Source: Paraspadella gotoi (taxonomy: Eukaryota > Animalia > Chaetognatha). From it: 64,000 bases of DNA. The translations under genes were made by a program, and so were the position numbers. The DNA is taken from contig CM119266.1 of NCBI GenBank assembly GCA_051294375.1, positions 11,155,212-11,219,211 on the forward strand. The letters are read 5' to 3'. The notes under the pieces were generated by a model, which had not been told where the DNA came from, did no database searches, and worked only from the letters and a program-made list of their open reading frames with translations. This document shows, piece after piece, positions 28,660-41,931 of the stretch; position 1 is the first letter of the stretch; every line of letters begins with the position of its first letter.

Positions 28660-29840
28660 TTTCTTCTCTCCCTCCTCTTTCTCCCCTCAACTTTCCTTCC
28701 AGCACTTTCCTCCTTCCTCCACTTTTTTCTTTTCTCTTCCTCCTTTCTCCTCCCTTCCTTCCTTTCTCTTTCCTCCTTTTCTTTTCCCTTCCCTCCTTCC
28801 ACCCTTTCTCTTTCCTCCCTTTTATCTCTTCACTGTCCCCCTCCTTCCACCCTTTCTCTTCCTCCCCTATTCCTCCACTTCCCCCTCCTCCACCCTTTCT
28901 CTTCCTCCTTTTCTCTTCCTCCCTTTGATTCTGCCTCCACTTCACCCCTCCTCCTCCCTTTCTCTTCCGTCCTTTTCTCTTCCTCCCTTATCTCCTCCAC
29001 TTCCCCTCCGCTCCCTTTCTCTCCTCCTTTTCTTCCTCCTCCCTTTATCTCCTCGCACTTCCCCCTCCTCCACCTTTACTCTCTCCCTTTATCTCCTCCA
29101 TTCCGCCCTTCCTCCACCCTTTCTCTTCCTCCTATTTATCTCTTCCACTTTCCCCCTTCCTCCACCCTTTCTCTTCCTCCTTTTCTCTTCCTCCCTATCT
29201 CTCCCACTTCCCCCTCTTCCACCCTTTCTCTTCCTCCCTTTATCTCCTCCACTCCCCCTCCTCCACCCTTTCTCTTCCTCCTTTTCTCTTCTCCCTTTAT
29301 CTCCTCACTTCCCCCTCCTCCCTTTCTCTCCTCCTTTTCTCTTGCCTCCTTTATCTCCTCCACTTCCCCCTCCTCCACCCTTTTCTCTTCCTCCCTTCTC
29401 CTCCACTTCCCCCTCCTCCACCCTTTCTCTTCCTCCCTTATCTCCTCCACTTTCCCCTCCTCCACCCTTTCTCTTCCTCCCTATCTCCTCCAACTTCCCC
29501 CTCTTCCACCCCTTTCTTTTCCTCCTTTTCTCTTCCTCCCTTTATCTCCTCCACTTCCCCCGCTCCACCTTTCTCTTCCTCCCTTTATTCCTCCACTCCC
29601 CCTCCATCCACCCTTTCTCTTCCTCCTTTATCTTCCTCCACTTCCCCCTCCTCCACCCTTTCTCTTCCTCCCTTTATCTCCTCCACTTCCCCCTTCCTTC
29701 CACCTTTCTCGTTCCTCCCTTTATCTCCTCCACTTCCTCCTCTCCACCCTTCCTCTTCCTCCCTTTATCTCCCCCTACTTCCCCCTCCTCTTCCCTTTTC
29801 TTCGCTCCGCCTCTCCTCCCCTCTTTCCTCTCCTCATCTT
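28660..29840 (+). repeat. Polypyrimidine minisatellite, ~40-bp degenerate unit (cttccccctcctccaccctttctcttcctccctttatctcctcca)
   Basis: More than 1.1 kb almost free of G. It explains the spurious 486-aa P/L/F/S ORF. A reverse-complement copy of part of it lies at 30389-30733. Confidence 0.9.
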
Positions 29841-32764
29841 TTCCTCATGAACTCCTCCCTCCTTCCATTCCCGTGTTATCCTTGTTGGTCCCTTTTAGAT
29901 TACATCTCGTTTTAGCGAGTTGTCATCCGTCCTCGCGAATCTCGCCCAGCGGCCCCGTCGTCCACTCCTCTCGCTCTCCATCTCGCTCCACCACTGGTAA
30001 AACGTTTTGTTTATAGAACACAACCACTATTTCTATAATTAAACTATTTCTCCTCAATCTCTCTCTTTTTTTTATATTTTTATTCCTTTCTTATTCACTC
30101 TCAAACCCCTTATCTTCTTTCTCGGGCTTTTATTTCAATTTCCTTTTTTTCCCTTCCTCCTGTTTGGAAGGATCATCTCACTCTCTCTNNNNNNNNNNTT
30201 AAAGGAAGTTGTTTAGCTTTTATAACGCCTTTGTACAAGTTTTTCTTCACAGATTTTTCTATTTGTTTCTCACCTTTTTCTTACCCCTCGTTTTCTTCTC
30301 TTCCCTCCTCTTTCTCCCTCAACTTTCCTTCCAGCACTTCCTCCCTTTCCTCCACTTTTTCCTTTTCTCTTCCTCCTTTTCTCCTCCGAAAAGAAGGGGA
30401 GGAGAGGCGGAGGAAGAGAAAGGGAAGAGGAGGGGGAAGTGAGGGGGAGATAAAGGGAGGAAGAGGAAGGGTGGAGAGGAGGAAGTGGAGGAGATAAAGG
30501 GAGGAAGAGAAAGGTGGAAGGAGGGGGAAGTGGGGGAGATAAAGGGAGGAAGAGAAAGGAGGAGGGGAAGAGGAAAGTGGAGGAGGAAGGGTGAAGTGGA
30601 GGAGGGAGGATAAAGGGAGGAAGAGAAAGAGTGAGGGAAGGGAGGAGTAAGGGAGGAGAGAAAAGGAGGAGAAAAAAGGTGGAGAGGGAGTTGGAGGAGA
30701 TAGGAGGAAGAGAAAGGTGGAGAGGAAAGTGGANNNNNNNNNNNNNNNNNNNNNNNNNTTTTCCTCATGAACTCCCTCCTTCCTTCCATTCCCGTGTTAT
30801 CCTTTGTTGGTCCCTTTTAGATTACATCTCGTTTTAGCGAGTGTCATCCGTCCTCGCGAATCTCCCCAGCGGCCGTCGTCACTCCTCTCGCTCTCCATCT
30901 CGCTCCACCACTGGTAAAACGTTTATGTTTACTAGACACAACCACTATTTCTATAATTAAACTATTTCTCCTCTTCATACCAGACTCGACCCTCTCTCGC
31001 TATTTTTTTTTTTATATTTACAAATCCCATTTATGAAACTCGATCACTCTTGCAATATTTTCTGTAGTCAAACTTTTACATCTACTACTAGATTCAACCA
31101 CTTTAATTTATATTTACTCATGAAATAGAAATATCTATTACATATTTATTACAAATTGACTTACAAATTTACCTCTGTCATCCATTTACTTCATGCAACC
31201 ATTTTAACGCCTTACTAACTCTCTCACGACGACGATTTTTTCTTTAAAACTTCACTCGACTCATCAGCCTGGATAATCCACCATTAACCACCAACCATTA
31301 ACCGCTAATAACTTTTTCCTATTAACTATTAACCATTAATTCCTTCAACTCCACCACAAATAAACGTCTCACCACTCCCATTCACTTTCACTTTCACTTT
31401 CTTTAATCACTTATTTCAAACCTCCACATGATACGACACTTTCCTCCACCTACTCGGCCACCTCCTTAAACCCCCTCCCCCCCCCCGCCCCCGCCCCAAC
31501 GAGACTCTCCATTCATCTTCTCCTCCACCTCTCCCCTCTTCCCTCCACCCCTTAACCCCTTCTCTCTCTCTCCATCGCGCCCCCAAAAACCACCCGGTTT
31601 TTCTGAGCGGATTTCACAGGCCACAAAAAACGCCATAAAAGCTGTTTTATGGTGATATTACTCGAGTCAGGTACATAGAAGGGAGAAGATCCTCTCTCCC
31701 ATCCCTCGGCCCTTTTCCATCCTTTGCTCCCATCCCATCTCATCCCAACCCACCTCTCGCCCCCTTTTTCCTACCACCCTTCCTACTTAACTGAACGGAG
31801 TTGTTTTGAAAGATATCGCGAGCATAGAGTGTGACTCGGGGTGGTGGAGTGGAAAAGAGATGTTATACGTAGTTCGTCTTCTTAACGTTGTGGCAAATTC
31901 GAAAGTGAAGAGGGCGTGGGTAGCTGATGCTCTTCCATCGCCGAGTAAAAATTGGACTTTATTGCTTCAATAAAAAAGTACATTTGTTTGTAAATATAAA
32001 TAAATTTGTGAAAAAAATTTTTTCTACGATTACTTGATAACATTTTGCCAATCAACTTACGCAAAATGACAATTTTACGTTTCAAAAAGCGTATTCGAAA
32101 AGTTTGTAAATATATGTACAAATAAGTTAACAGCGAGGTCTTAAATTTCCCAACCACCATTTTTTCTCTTCCTGCAATGTCTATTTTTACGCCTCAAAAT
32201 CAACTTACGCGTATCAAAGAACCACCCAAAAATTTTTCCTTTTCGCGCGCGCGCATCTGGTAGAACTGAATAAAGTTGTTTTTATCTCGTTATTATCGTT
32301 ATTATGGGTTTTTTCCTTCAACTTTTTCAAATTCTATGGCTCGAAAAAGTAAAAAAAGGGGGACGCCGGGGGTGAGAGAGATTGGCAAGATGGCGCCGTT
32401 CGCATCCGAGAAAAGGAAAGAAAAAAAAAACACTTAAATTCGTTCCTCTTTGCGAGACACCGGTTGACGCCGTCGCCGCTGCAGCAAACGGCGGCTGCGG
32501 TCGCGACGGCAGNNNNNNNNNNNNNNNNNNNNNNNNNCGGCGGCTGAAGCGGGGCGCGGCATACGGCGACGACGGTTACGTTGATCAGTTTTTTCCCAGA
32601 GACTCTCGGCGGGCGGAAGTTGGCGACGGAGGCGGCTGGAGGAGGCGGCGCGCGGCGGTGGTTCGAGCGGCCGCCTCCGTCTCCTCCGAAGCGAAAAACG
32701 ATGAGGTTTTATGAAGAGATTCGACGCCCCGATAACAAACCGGAAGTGGGTGCGGGACAGACTC

Positions 32765-32847
<83 letters not shown>

Positions 32848-32901
32848 GATTCTGCGCCAATGCGGAGGGTAGGAAGTGGAACGAACGATAAAAAATTATC
32901 T

Positions 32902-32986
<85 letters not shown>

Positions 32987-33619
32987 ATCCTCATACTTCG
33001 CAAGCTTCCTTTCACTTTTCTCTGATATTATCTCCAGCACGAACGTCGGCGTTTAATTATTAAATCATCTAGATGTTATCTTGTTTTTCGCGCGCGCCCT
33101 TCATTAAAAAAATAATCACCATCCTCACATTTTTTTTAACAGCCACGCCATATCGCTCTGCCAATTGTAATCATCTTCAAATAGAGAATTCGATCGGTAT
33201 GAGGAGAGCGGAGATACCCAGTGCTATCAGCGAGTTGATCTGGAAGCGGATTTCATGCCGTTTCATTAGTTATATAGTTACATCCGGGTAGGTGAGAACG
33301 ATCCGGATTACATACGAAAATAAATTGTTTCTTTAAGAGAGGTTTCTCGTCAGAAAGTTGATAGTTGCCAGTTTAGTTCACCGCCTTGTGTCACAGAACG
33401 TTTGGTGTGATGATTGGTGTTAAGCTTGATTGTGAAGTTTGTACGCTTTTGATACTAAACAATTCAAATGTTTGCTGGGAACGGCCGTCACTCACATCAT
33501 CGCCCCCTCCAACAAAAAAAAAACCAATGACATCCGTTCGACGTGCGGCGTCAGTTCGGGAATGCGTCCCGCCAGCCCCCGCCGCCGTCGCAGCCGCCGC
33601 CCTTTTGTTTTTTCGCGCG

Positions 33620-33667
33620 CCGGAAGTCCCAATGCGGAAGCACGTGACCAAAGGCTCACGTGACCCA
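33620..33667 (+). promoter_or_regulatory. Promoter-like motif cluster (ETS CCGGAAGT, CCAAT, two CACGTGAC E-boxes); repeated at ~40772-40818
   Basis: ccggaagtcccaatgcggaagcacgtgaccaaaggctcacgtgacc within a CpG-rich patch. No linked transcript identified. Confidence 0.35.
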
Positions 33668-33819
33668 AACGGAATCGTACACAAAAAACGGGGAAACCTA
33701 AATCGAATTTTCGAATTAGGAAGGTGTTTTTTTTGGAGGAGAAGAAAAAAGAGAAAGAGGAGAAGAGAATGAGAGAGAGAGAAGGAAGAATGAGAGAGAG
33801 AGGGGAGAGAGAGAGAGAG

Positions 33820-33893
<74 letters not shown>

Positions 33894-34213
33894 AGAGAGA
33901 GAGAAGAGAGAGAGAGAGAGAGTGGTTTTGTTTGTCCAGAGTGATTCGGGTTTGGCGCCAGATTTGTTTGAAAATGAACGGACGGTTGGAGACCGTTTTT
34001 CTAAGGCGTCTATAAACTCTATATACGTGTCAAATCGCTTTAAATATACTTTTAAACGATATATTTTGGCATTTCAACTCGACGCAAAAATTATAAACGA
34101 ACAAAAAGGAAAATCACGCAAAAAAAAAACCTGAAATGAGTCCGGATATATGGCCTTCCAACTACTCCTCCTCTCTCTCTCCTCTCTCTCTCTCCGTCTC
34201 TCTCTCTTCTCTG

Positions 34214-34248
<35 letters not shown>

Positions 34249-34685
34249 TTCTCTTCTCTCTCTTCTCAATGGAGTTTTGACACGAGCTTCTTCTCAGTTT
34301 TTTTTTGTCGCGGGCGGGAGATAAGGCGGAAAAAGAAAAATTCCAAAACTGACGTTTCCTTTTTTTTTTCTCGAGTCCGCGAAGTCAAAAGATAATTCAA
34401 CGAAGCAGAGGAAAGTTTTAACGAAAAAAGTCCGTTCGCTCAAATATTTTAAAGGGGGAAAGTGGAGACTTAAGCCTCGTTCTCGAAGCTGGTTAGAATT
34501 CGGGTTATTGTCGTCGTTGGGCCGTTGTCGCCGTCGTCGTCGTAGTCGTCGTTGAACGTTTTTCCCTGGCAATCTATATTTGGCTTTTTCCTGGCCATCA
34601 AAATAAGTAGAGAGGAGAGACGAGAGAGAGAGAGAGAGAGAAGAAGAGAGAGAGAAGAGAGAGAGAGAGAAGAAAAAGAGAAGGA

Positions 34686-34767
<82 letters not shown>

Positions 34768-37392
34768 AGAATTAAAAAAAAATAAAAGGTCTTTTTTTTA
34801 AAAAAACAAAAAGAAGGGGAGATAGACCGAATGCCCTTCGCACGTGAAGCGGTGTTGCCGTCTCTCGGCGAAAAGGGAGAAATCCAAAGCTATCAGTGAA
34901 GAATTTTGAAAGCCAAGAGACAATGAAAAGAGAGCAGGTTAAGAAGCAAAAGGTTGAAGAGTGAATGAGGGAGATAGAGAGGAAGAATGAGAAGAGAGGG
35001 AGAGAGTGTGCAACAGAAAGAGAGAATGTAGATAGAATGAACATCCGCCTTTTCCATTTTGCGAAAATTTCGGAAGAATTTTCTCGCTTGAACTGCGAGA
35101 TTGAACTGACCGACCATAACGTCGAAACGATTATTTAAGGCGACCGAAAAGGTCGTCAAGCGGCGGCCGCGGTCATTGAGGTTCGCCCCGAAGTCGGCGG
35201 CTTTCGGGCGAAAAATATATCGAGATTTCTAATCAAGCCACAACGGTTTTATTATTTTTCCGCCTCTGATATTATTGCTATCATAGTTATTGTTGTTACT
35301 GTTGTTTGTTGTTGATTTTTGTCAATTATGAAATACCCGGTTCTTTGAAACAGCACTCCCCGCCACAAAGTGACAAACGCCGGTTGCCTCCTTTTCAGCG
35401 TCGTCGTCAGTGCATCGTCGTCGTCGTCGTCGTCTCCGCATCTTCAATCAATTCGTCGGCGGACGGTAGTAGATAAATAACAGTCAACAATTTTAGACGC
35501 CCTTCGTTTCTCGGTTATCATCATTCAGTGGTCACATTGTCGCGCATCTCTCGTCAGCGCGTCGGGCGGTCGGCGGCGGTCGGGCGGCGCTCCCCGTCAT
35601 CGTTGTCCCTCGTCGTCTTTGACGTTGACAGTCTGTGCATCAGGTGTCGCCAGGCGATTGGCGGGGAAATTGGTCTGAGTTTAGGAGAAAACGAGCGCGA
35701 CGATGATGACGACGAAAGACAACGAAAACAACGAAAACAACGACGGCGACGACTTGGTGTAGGATTTTTCTGAACTAATAACGTTGAATTTTGTTTACGC
35801 ATGAAGATCATCATCGAGCGCGGTGATTACAACTACCAGACTACGTCTTATTCACGAGGATGGCGTTTTGCGCCTTTTTTTTTTCGATTTGTGCTCTTGT
35901 TTCGTTTTTTTTTTAAGTAGAAAAATAAAGAAAACAAATCCGTTCGCAATTAAAAACGAATCGAGTTTCCTGTTTGTCTAATCGCTTCCTCCGCCACCAG
36001 GGGAAATATTTCCATCTGAAGCGGATCAAATTCCTCTTTTCTCGCCTCTCTCTCTCTGTATCTCTCGAGGGAGAGAAAAAAAAACGGAAACGCAAGAGGC
36101 GAGCGCGCGAGAAAAAAAAAAAAGAAGACGAACAAAGATAGAAAAAAAAACGTTTACGAGCGACAAAACAAAGCTCGGAGGTGATCAATGAGACTCGAAC
36201 TAAGGAAACAAAAACAAAGGTACAAATGTCATCGAAGAAAATTAAAGGAGAAAAACAAAGAAATTGAGAGAATCTCGTAAAAGAGGCGAGAATTCGATGG
36301 GAGATCGAGATGTCGTTGACGCAGAAATTTAACTCGGCGCGGAGAAATACTTGTATTAAATTGTTAATCGAAATAAAATAAAAAAAATAAACATTGATTA
36401 GGAAGTTAATGGTAAATATTTCAATTCGCATTCGTCGTCGTCGCATTTTCATTTTCATCGTCCTCTTTGTCTTCGTCTTCGTCCTCAAATTCGTCGTCGT
36501 CTTCGTCGCTTTCATCGTCGTAGTCATTTTTCTAAATCGTCTTCATCACTCATCCTTCGTCGTCGTCGTCGTCTTTCTCATCATCGTTCCATTCGTCCTA
36601 AGCTTCGTCGTCGTCTTCCTTATTTTTGTCGTCGTCTTCGTCTTCATCTCGTCCCTCAACTGTGTCGTCGTCAACGTCGGTCGTCGTCGTCGTCGTCGGT
36701 CGTCTGGAATTCGCAGGTGAGGTGCTTAAACGATCAACAGAGGCGACTCGATCTCACCGCGAGTCGATTGGCGAGGTAATTCCGCGCACCTGCGTCGGCC
36801 GCCCGGGAACGAGAAGGCGAAAATCGAGGACGGGGTTGATTGGTGACCGAAGTATCGAAGTACTGCGGTATCAAAGAGAAAATGGAGGGAGGAAAGTGCG
36901 GTATCGAAGGGTAATCGAAGAGTGAAGTCTGGGGTATTGAAGGGTAATTGAAGGGGGAGACTGCGGTATTGAAAGGGATTTGAAGGGAACCAATGTATCA
37001 GAGTAAGGAGGTGAAAATTTAATTTCATTTTTAAGGATAATTCATGTACAGTCTAAACAGGCGGAACAGCCTGCATTGACTATTTGAGTATGGAGTAATG
37101 GTGCTTGAGGCTCTGGCGGAGAATTAGGTATTCTGAATAGTGGCAGAATAATCTCAAACTTTTACTCTAGAAGTCTATTTTTTTTGCAGGACAGAAACAG
37201 TTGCCGGATGAACATAAGTGATTAGTGAACCGTGTATAAAAATCAGTTTTAAAATAAAAAAAGAAAAACCGTTTGAATACTTACCATATACTCGCTCACA
37301 AAATAAACCCGAAATCAACAAATAACACGTAATACGTACTAAGATTCGACTAAAAATACGACTACAGCCAATAACAACTGTAGGCCCTACAG

Positions 37393-37988
37393 TAAGGCGT
37401 AGTGAAAGTTGCATCTAAAAGCAATTATGAACAACAACCATCAGTGAACATTAATTTGTAAAAAAAATTAATTTTATTTTTTTAATTTTCGTAGTAGGCT
37501 ATATTTATATATAGTACTATCCTTATAAAATCGAAAAAATTTAAAAGAGGCTTTTCTTAATTTTGATTGCAGATTTGAATTCCTCGTCAAAAGTTGATAA
37601 AAGAAATATAAATTATTTTTAAAATTCCTTCATTAAGTTGGTTCAAAATATAAAAACTATATTTAATATATAAAAAAGTTAATTTCAGCTTAAAATATAG
37701 CTTTTTCTAATTTTTGACCCACTTAATAAAGGAATTTTCTAAAAGAGTTATTTATCTTTTAATCAACTTTTTATGACGATCCAATCTGCAAAAAAATCTT
37801 TTAAAAAAACTGTTTTGAAATTTTAACATTTATTGGTTTAGTACTAGTATAATATGGCCTACGTGGTAAATTGTAAAATTTATTCTAAATTTTTTATTAC
37901 AATAAATGTTCATTAGTATAATGTTGTTCGTTCCTCAACTTTTAGAATTTTAATTAAAGTTGAATATTAGGAATTTTACTACGCCTTA
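37393..37988. mobile_element. Non-autonomous hAT-type DNA transposon (MITE), foldback structure, copy 1
   Basis: Termini TAAGGCGTAGT...ACTACGCCTTA (perfect 11-bp TIR, YARNG start typical of hAT). Flanked by ccctacag / cctacag, an 8-bp TSD with one base missing here. Absent from repeat copy 3. Confidence 0.85.
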
Positions 37989-38039
37989 CCTACAGTGTAG
38001 GGTTATCGGGAAATCGGGGTTCGCGACCTTTGAAACGAC

Positions 38040-38076
<37 letters not shown>

Positions 38077-38211
38077 AACGACGACGTCTCTTTTTCCTTT
38101 AACCCTTTCGACCCTAAGCTTTGATCCTCGGTCTGATTGAAAGGAAAAAATAAACACAATAACACACCTCATCGAAAGAAACGTTGCCTGCAGTCGGGGA
38201 CGGACGGAGCG

Positions 38212-38280
38212 ACGCGCTTTGGCGAAAGGGGAGCATGCGGGCCTTGGGAACGAAGCGAGGTCCGAGTTCGAATCCGGGGA
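38212..38280 (+). pseudogene. tRNA-derived sequence (pseudo-tRNA or SINE head); further copies at ~45393-45460 and ~50922-50990
   Basis: A-box-like TGGCGAAAGGGG followed at tRNA spacing by a perfect B box GAGTTCGAATCC, with GAGGTC in the variable-loop position. Acceptor and anticodon stems do not close convincingly, so it is not called as a functional tRNA. Confidence 0.55.
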
Positions 38281-38765
38281 TACTCAATTGATAAAGTCGA
38301 GGAAAACGAAGACAGTCAAGAGATTCCTCTGTAAAAAAAAAAATAATTAAAAAATAAGGAATCTTCGTGCGTCATCGGAAGAATCGGTCAATGACCTTGT
38401 AAGAACCAGAAACAGTGACGACAAACGACGACGAAACCAACTAAGAACGGCAGCAGAAGGCAGCAGCAGAAATCGACCGCGAAAACGACTTGCCGCGGCT
38501 TTTAAAAATGGTTCTTGATTTTGCGTAAACAAACATTTGGCCCCCAAAACAAATTCCATTTCTTCTTCTCTTTCATTTTCCTTTTTTTCTTTTCTTTCTC
38601 TTGTGCTTTTTCCTTTTTTTTCCTCCTTTCCCGCTTCCTTCCCATTATCCCCATTTTCCTTCCCCACGACTTTTGACGTGAGAACCGCGAAAAACTCGGA
38701 GCTTAACGCCGAACTCACCTCATTTTATCTCTCTTCTCGTCTCTCTCTCCTCTCTCTTCTCTCTC

Positions 38766-38832
<67 letters not shown>

Positions 38833-39141
38833 ACTCTCTCTTCTCCACGCTCCCTGCTTCCAGTGCAGCGGTCTCCGTTCCGGCGTCCACTGTCCGCGTC
38901 GCCCGTCGCCTCGTGAACGTCATTAACGGCAACCCGCCATTTTGGTCATGTCGTGATAAGTAATGACGTTTTCACGACACGCCATTTACTTTGGCGGAAG
39001 TAGTCACGCTGAGCGTCGCCACGCGAAAGGAAAGAGAGAGAGTAGAGAGGTTGACGGGAAAAGCTTTCGGTTTCGCGGTTTTTGAAAAGCGAAACAAGTG
39101 GTGATTGATGTTTGGCGAAAAGGTCTTACGACGAGCTTTAG

Positions 39142-39183
<42 letters not shown>

Positions 39184-39211
39184 CTCATCTCTATCTCTCT
39201 CTCTCGTCTCG

Positions 39212-39246
<35 letters not shown>

Positions 39247-39522
39247 TCCAGTCCATTTGAGCGAATTTACCTTTTCTTCTCACTCCGATTCGAAAATCTA
39301 TCACATTCCGGTGTTCTTCTTTTCGACTTCCCAGCGGGAAAATCCCGAGCGCCGCGCCGGTGCTGCCATGAGGCCGGCCAAAGCGAGCGTAAGAAAAAAG
39401 GAAAACAAAAAGCGCGCCCGCAAGGCGGATCGAAATGGGGATTGGATGGGAAGCGGAGAGGGAAAACGGAACTGAGTGTGCGAGAGAGAGAGAGAGAGAG
39501 TAGGAGAGAGGAGAAGAGAGAG

Positions 39523-39582
<60 letters not shown>

Positions 39583-40990
39583 AGAGAAAAAGAAAAAGAT
39601 GAAAAGGGAGAGAGAGAAATGGAACCACAGAATCCGCCATCCAAGGCGGCTGAGTCTCGTAATGGAAAATTCATTGTGGTGGAGCAGGCACTCAAAGGAC
39701 TGAGATTATCTAAAGGAGGACTGACCGACTAAGGCGGGGAGGAAAATGGGGAGGAAGAGGGAGGAAGGAGATGGAGGAAAAAGAGAAAAAAGAGAAACAG
39801 AAGAAGAAGGAGGAGAAAAATTGAACCGCAGTGAAAACTCGCGATTCGTGTGGGAGAGTTGAAAGGTAGTGCTAGAAGAAGAGAGAGAGAGAAAAAAAAG
39901 AGAAAAAATAGGGCGTTGATGGAAAAGAGAATAGAAATCGTTGGATGAAGAAGGAGAGAAAAAAAAAGAAGAAATTAAGCAGGTGGACGAGAAAACAGAA
40001 ATGGCGGGAAAAAAAAAAAAGATTCGTTCTCCATTACGAGGAAAAGAGGAAAGAAAACAAACATACGATGGCGCTCGCTGATCGCGGAAGGAGGAGAAGT
40101 TAATGATGGTCGAGCGAGGTTAGAGAGAGAGAGAGAGAGAGAGAGAGCCATCCTCATACTTCCGCCAAGCTTCCTTTCACTTTTCTCTGATATTATCTCA
40201 GCACGGAAACGCTCGGGCGTTTAATTATTAAATCATCTAGATGTTATCTTCTTTTTCGCGCGCGCCCTTCATTAAAATAATCAACCCATCCTCACATTTT
40301 TTTTTTAACAGCCACGCCCATTCGCTCTGCCTGTTCATCTTCAAATGAGAATTCGATCGTATCGAAGCGGAAATCCCAGTGCATCAGCGAAATTCGATCC
40401 TGGAAGCGGAATTTCATGCCGTTTCATGTTTTCAGTTACATCCGGGTAGGTGAGAAAGATCTCGGATTACATACGAAAATAAATTGTTTCTTTAAGAGAG
40501 GTTTCTCGTCAGAAAGTTGATAGTTGCCTTTAGTTCACCCCTGTGTCACAGACGTTTGGTGTGATGATTGGTGTTAAGCTTGATGTGAAGTTTGTACGCT
40601 TTTGATACTACAAATTCAAATGTTTGCTGGGAACGGCCGTTCACCTCACATCATCCCCCCTCCAACAAAAAAAAACCAATGACATCCGGTTCGACGTGCG
40701 GCGTCAGTTCGGGAATGCGTCCCCGCCGCCCCCGCCGCCGTCGCAGCCGCCGCCCTTTTGTTTTTCGCGCGCCGGAAGTCCCATGCGGGAAGCACGTGAC
40801 CAAAGGCTCACGTGACCCAAACGGAATCGTACACAAAAACGGGGAAACCTAATCGAATTTTCGAATTAGGAAGGTTTTTTTTGGAGGAGAAGAAAAAAGA
40901 GAAAGAGGAGAAGAGAATGAGAGAGAGNNNNNNNNNNNNNNNNNNNNNNNNNAGAGGAGAATGAGAGAGAGAGGGGAGAGAGAGAGAGAG

Positions 40991-41051
<61 letters not shown>

Positions 41052-41374
41052 AGAAAGAGAGAGAGAAGAGAGAAAGAGAGAGAGAGAGAGAGTGGTTTGT
41101 TTGGTCAGAGTGATTCGGGTTTGGCGCCAGATTTGTTTGAAAATGAACGGACGGTTGGAGACCGTTTTTCTAAGGCGTCTATAAACTCTATATACAGTGT
41201 CAAAATCGCTTTAAATATACTTTTAAACGATATAATTTTGCATTTCAACTCGAGCAAAAAATTATAAACGAACAAAAAGGAAAATCACGCAAAAAAAAAA
41301 CCTGAAATGAGTCCGGATATATGGCCTTCAACTCTCCTCCTCTCTCTCTCTCTCTCTCTCTTCTCTCTTCTCTT

Positions 41375-41408
<34 letters not shown>

Positions 41409-41796
41409 CTCTCTCTCTTCTCTTCTCTCTCTTCTCTAATGGAGTTTTGACACGAGCTTCTTCTCAGTTTTTTTTTGTCGCGGCGGGAGATAAGGCGGAA
41501 AAAGAAAAATTCCAAAACTGACGTTCCTTTTTTTTTCTCGAGTCCGCGAAGTCAAAGATAAAATTCGGATCGCGAGAGAAAGTTTTATACGAAAAAAGTC
41601 CGTTCGCTCAAATATTTTTAAAGGGGGAAAGTGGAGACTTAAGCCTCGTTCTCGAAGCTTGGTTAGATTCGGGTTATTGTCCGTCGTTGGCCGTTGTCGC
41701 GTCGTCCGTCGTAGTCGTCGTTGACGTTTTCCCTGGCAATCTATATTTGGCTTTTTCCTGGCCATCAAAATAAGTAGAGAGAAGGACGAGAGAGAG

Positions 41797-41828
<32 letters not shown>

Positions 41829-41851
41829 AGAGAAGAGAGAGAGAAGGGAGA

Positions 41852-41931
<80 letters not shown>

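Noticed and set aside
28556-30016. 486-aa Pro/Leu/Phe/Ser ORF
   Set aside because: Polypyrimidine minisatellite that cannot form stop codons; no coding signal.
36394-36720. Hydrophobic V/F/I-rich or T/K/M-rich ORFs (also ~43600 and ~49770)
   Set aside because: Derived from degenerate (GTC/TTC/ATC)n trinucleotide repeats; frames are not conserved among the three copies.
38212-38280. Functional tRNA gene
   Set aside because: No closed acceptor or anticodon stem in any of the three copies; kept only as a tRNA-derived sequence.
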